DNA of 39,381 nucleotides from the sequence record ON528719; one strand, written 5' to 3'. Source of the stretch: Shigella phage ESh6. Below are positions 38,605 to 39,381 of the stretch, one piece after another. The position numbers were made by a program, and so were the translations under genes. How positions within the stretch are numbered: position 1 is the stretch's first letter; every line of letters starts with the position of its first letter. Under the pieces are notes generated by a model that was not told where the DNA came from, searched no databases, and was given only the letters and a program-made list of their open reading frames with translations.

Positions 38605-39381
38605 ATGGCTAACGTAATTAAAACCGTTTTGACTTACCAGTTAGATGGCTCCAATCGTGATTTTAATATCCCGTTTGAGTATCTAGCCCGTAAGTTCGTA
38701 GTGGTAACTCTTATTGGGGTAGACCGTAAGGTCCTTACTATCAATACAGACTACCGTTTTGCTACGCGTACTACCATCTCACTGACTAAGGCTTGGGGTC
38801 CGGCAGATGGCTACACTACCATCGAGTTACGTCGAGTAACCTCCACGACAGACCGATTGGTTGACTTTACGGACGGCTCAATCCTCCGTGCGCATGACCT
38901 TAACGTTGCTCAGATTCAAACGATGCACGTAGCGGAAGAGGCCCGTGACCTAACTGCCGATACTATCGGTGTTAATAACGATGGTCATTTGGATGCTCGT
39001 GGTCGTAAGATTGTTAACTTGGCGTATGCCACAAGTGACTATGATGCCGTTCCTTTAAAGCAGGTTAAAGAGCGTGAATACTCTGCATGGAATGCTGTAA
39101 CAAAATCTAACGAACACGCTGACAGGTCCAATAATGAAGCAAACCGTTCTCGTGATGAGGCCAACCGTGCTCAACGTGAAGCTGACCGTTCGACCCAACA
39201 GGCAGGTGTCTCTACGGCACAGGCAGTTGAGTCCAAAACGCAAGCTGACCGTTCCAACTCTGAGGCCAACCGTGCTAAAGGTTATGCTGATAGTATGACC
39301 ACAAGTGTCGCTGAGGCCAAGAAGCAAGCTGACCGTTCCAACTCTGAGGCAAATCGTTCCCGTGATGAGGCCAACCGTGCT
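38605..39381 (+). CDS. 17: Tail fibre protein gp17, 5' portion (continues past the window end into 1..1047)
   Basis: ATG 38605 after 'aaggagg'; MANVIKTVLTYQLDGSNRDFNIPFEYLARKFVVVTLIGVDRKVLTIN... near-identical to the T7 gp17 N-terminal domain, then heptad-rich repeats. No stop before the window end. Confidence 0.92.
   Translation, partial: MANVIKTVLTYQLDGSNRDFNIPFEYLARKFVVVTLIGVDRKVLTINTDYRFATRTTISLTKAWGPADGYTTIELRRVTSTTDRLVDFTDGSILRAHDLNVAQIQTMHVAEEARDLTADTIGVNNDGHLDARGRKIVNLAYATSDYDAVPLKQVKEREYSAWNAVTKSNEHADRSNNEANRSRDEANRAQREADRSTQQAGVSTAQAVESKTQADRSNSEANRAKGYADSMTTSVAEAKKQADRSNSEANRSRDEANRA

Overview
This window is a nearly complete genome of a T7-like podovirus (Teseptimavirus-type), written in circularly permuted form. 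All genes are on the + strand in canonical T7 order. The window opens inside tail-fibre gene 17, runs through lysis and packaging genes (17.5, 18, 18.5/18.7, 19), crosses a single collapsed copy of the terminal repeat (physical left end predicted near nt 5456), then continues through the early region (phiOL, host promoters, ocr, 0.7 kinase, T7-type RNA polymerase), the DNA-metabolism genes (ligase, gp2.5 SSB, endonuclease, lysozyme, primase-helicase, DNA polymerase, exonuclease) and the structural genes (8 to 16), and closes in the 5' part of gene 17. Seventeen T7-RNAP promoter 23-mers, the Tphi and TE terminators, the 10A/10B frameshift site and several RNase III-type hairpins are readable directly. 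Differences from canonical T7, all judged against T7 sequences recalled from memory, are the main points of interest: (1) the primase-helicase gene is out of frame over its last ~30 codons, while the adjacent frame encodes the conserved acidic C-terminal tail; (2) an extra HNH endonuclease gene sits between the terminase gene and phiOR and is paralogous to the gene 7.7 HNH; (3) a Tfa-like tail-fibre assembly ORF follows a tail-fibre gene with a divergent tip; (4) the phi10 promoter carries T at -11; (5) an extra sigma70-type promoter lies on ~170 bp of additional sequence upstream of ocr; (6) gene 1.7 is reduced to a short C-terminal remnant and genes 1.4, 2.8 and 5.3 are absent. No search or alignment was run; coordinates were counted by hand and small features may be off by a base or two.
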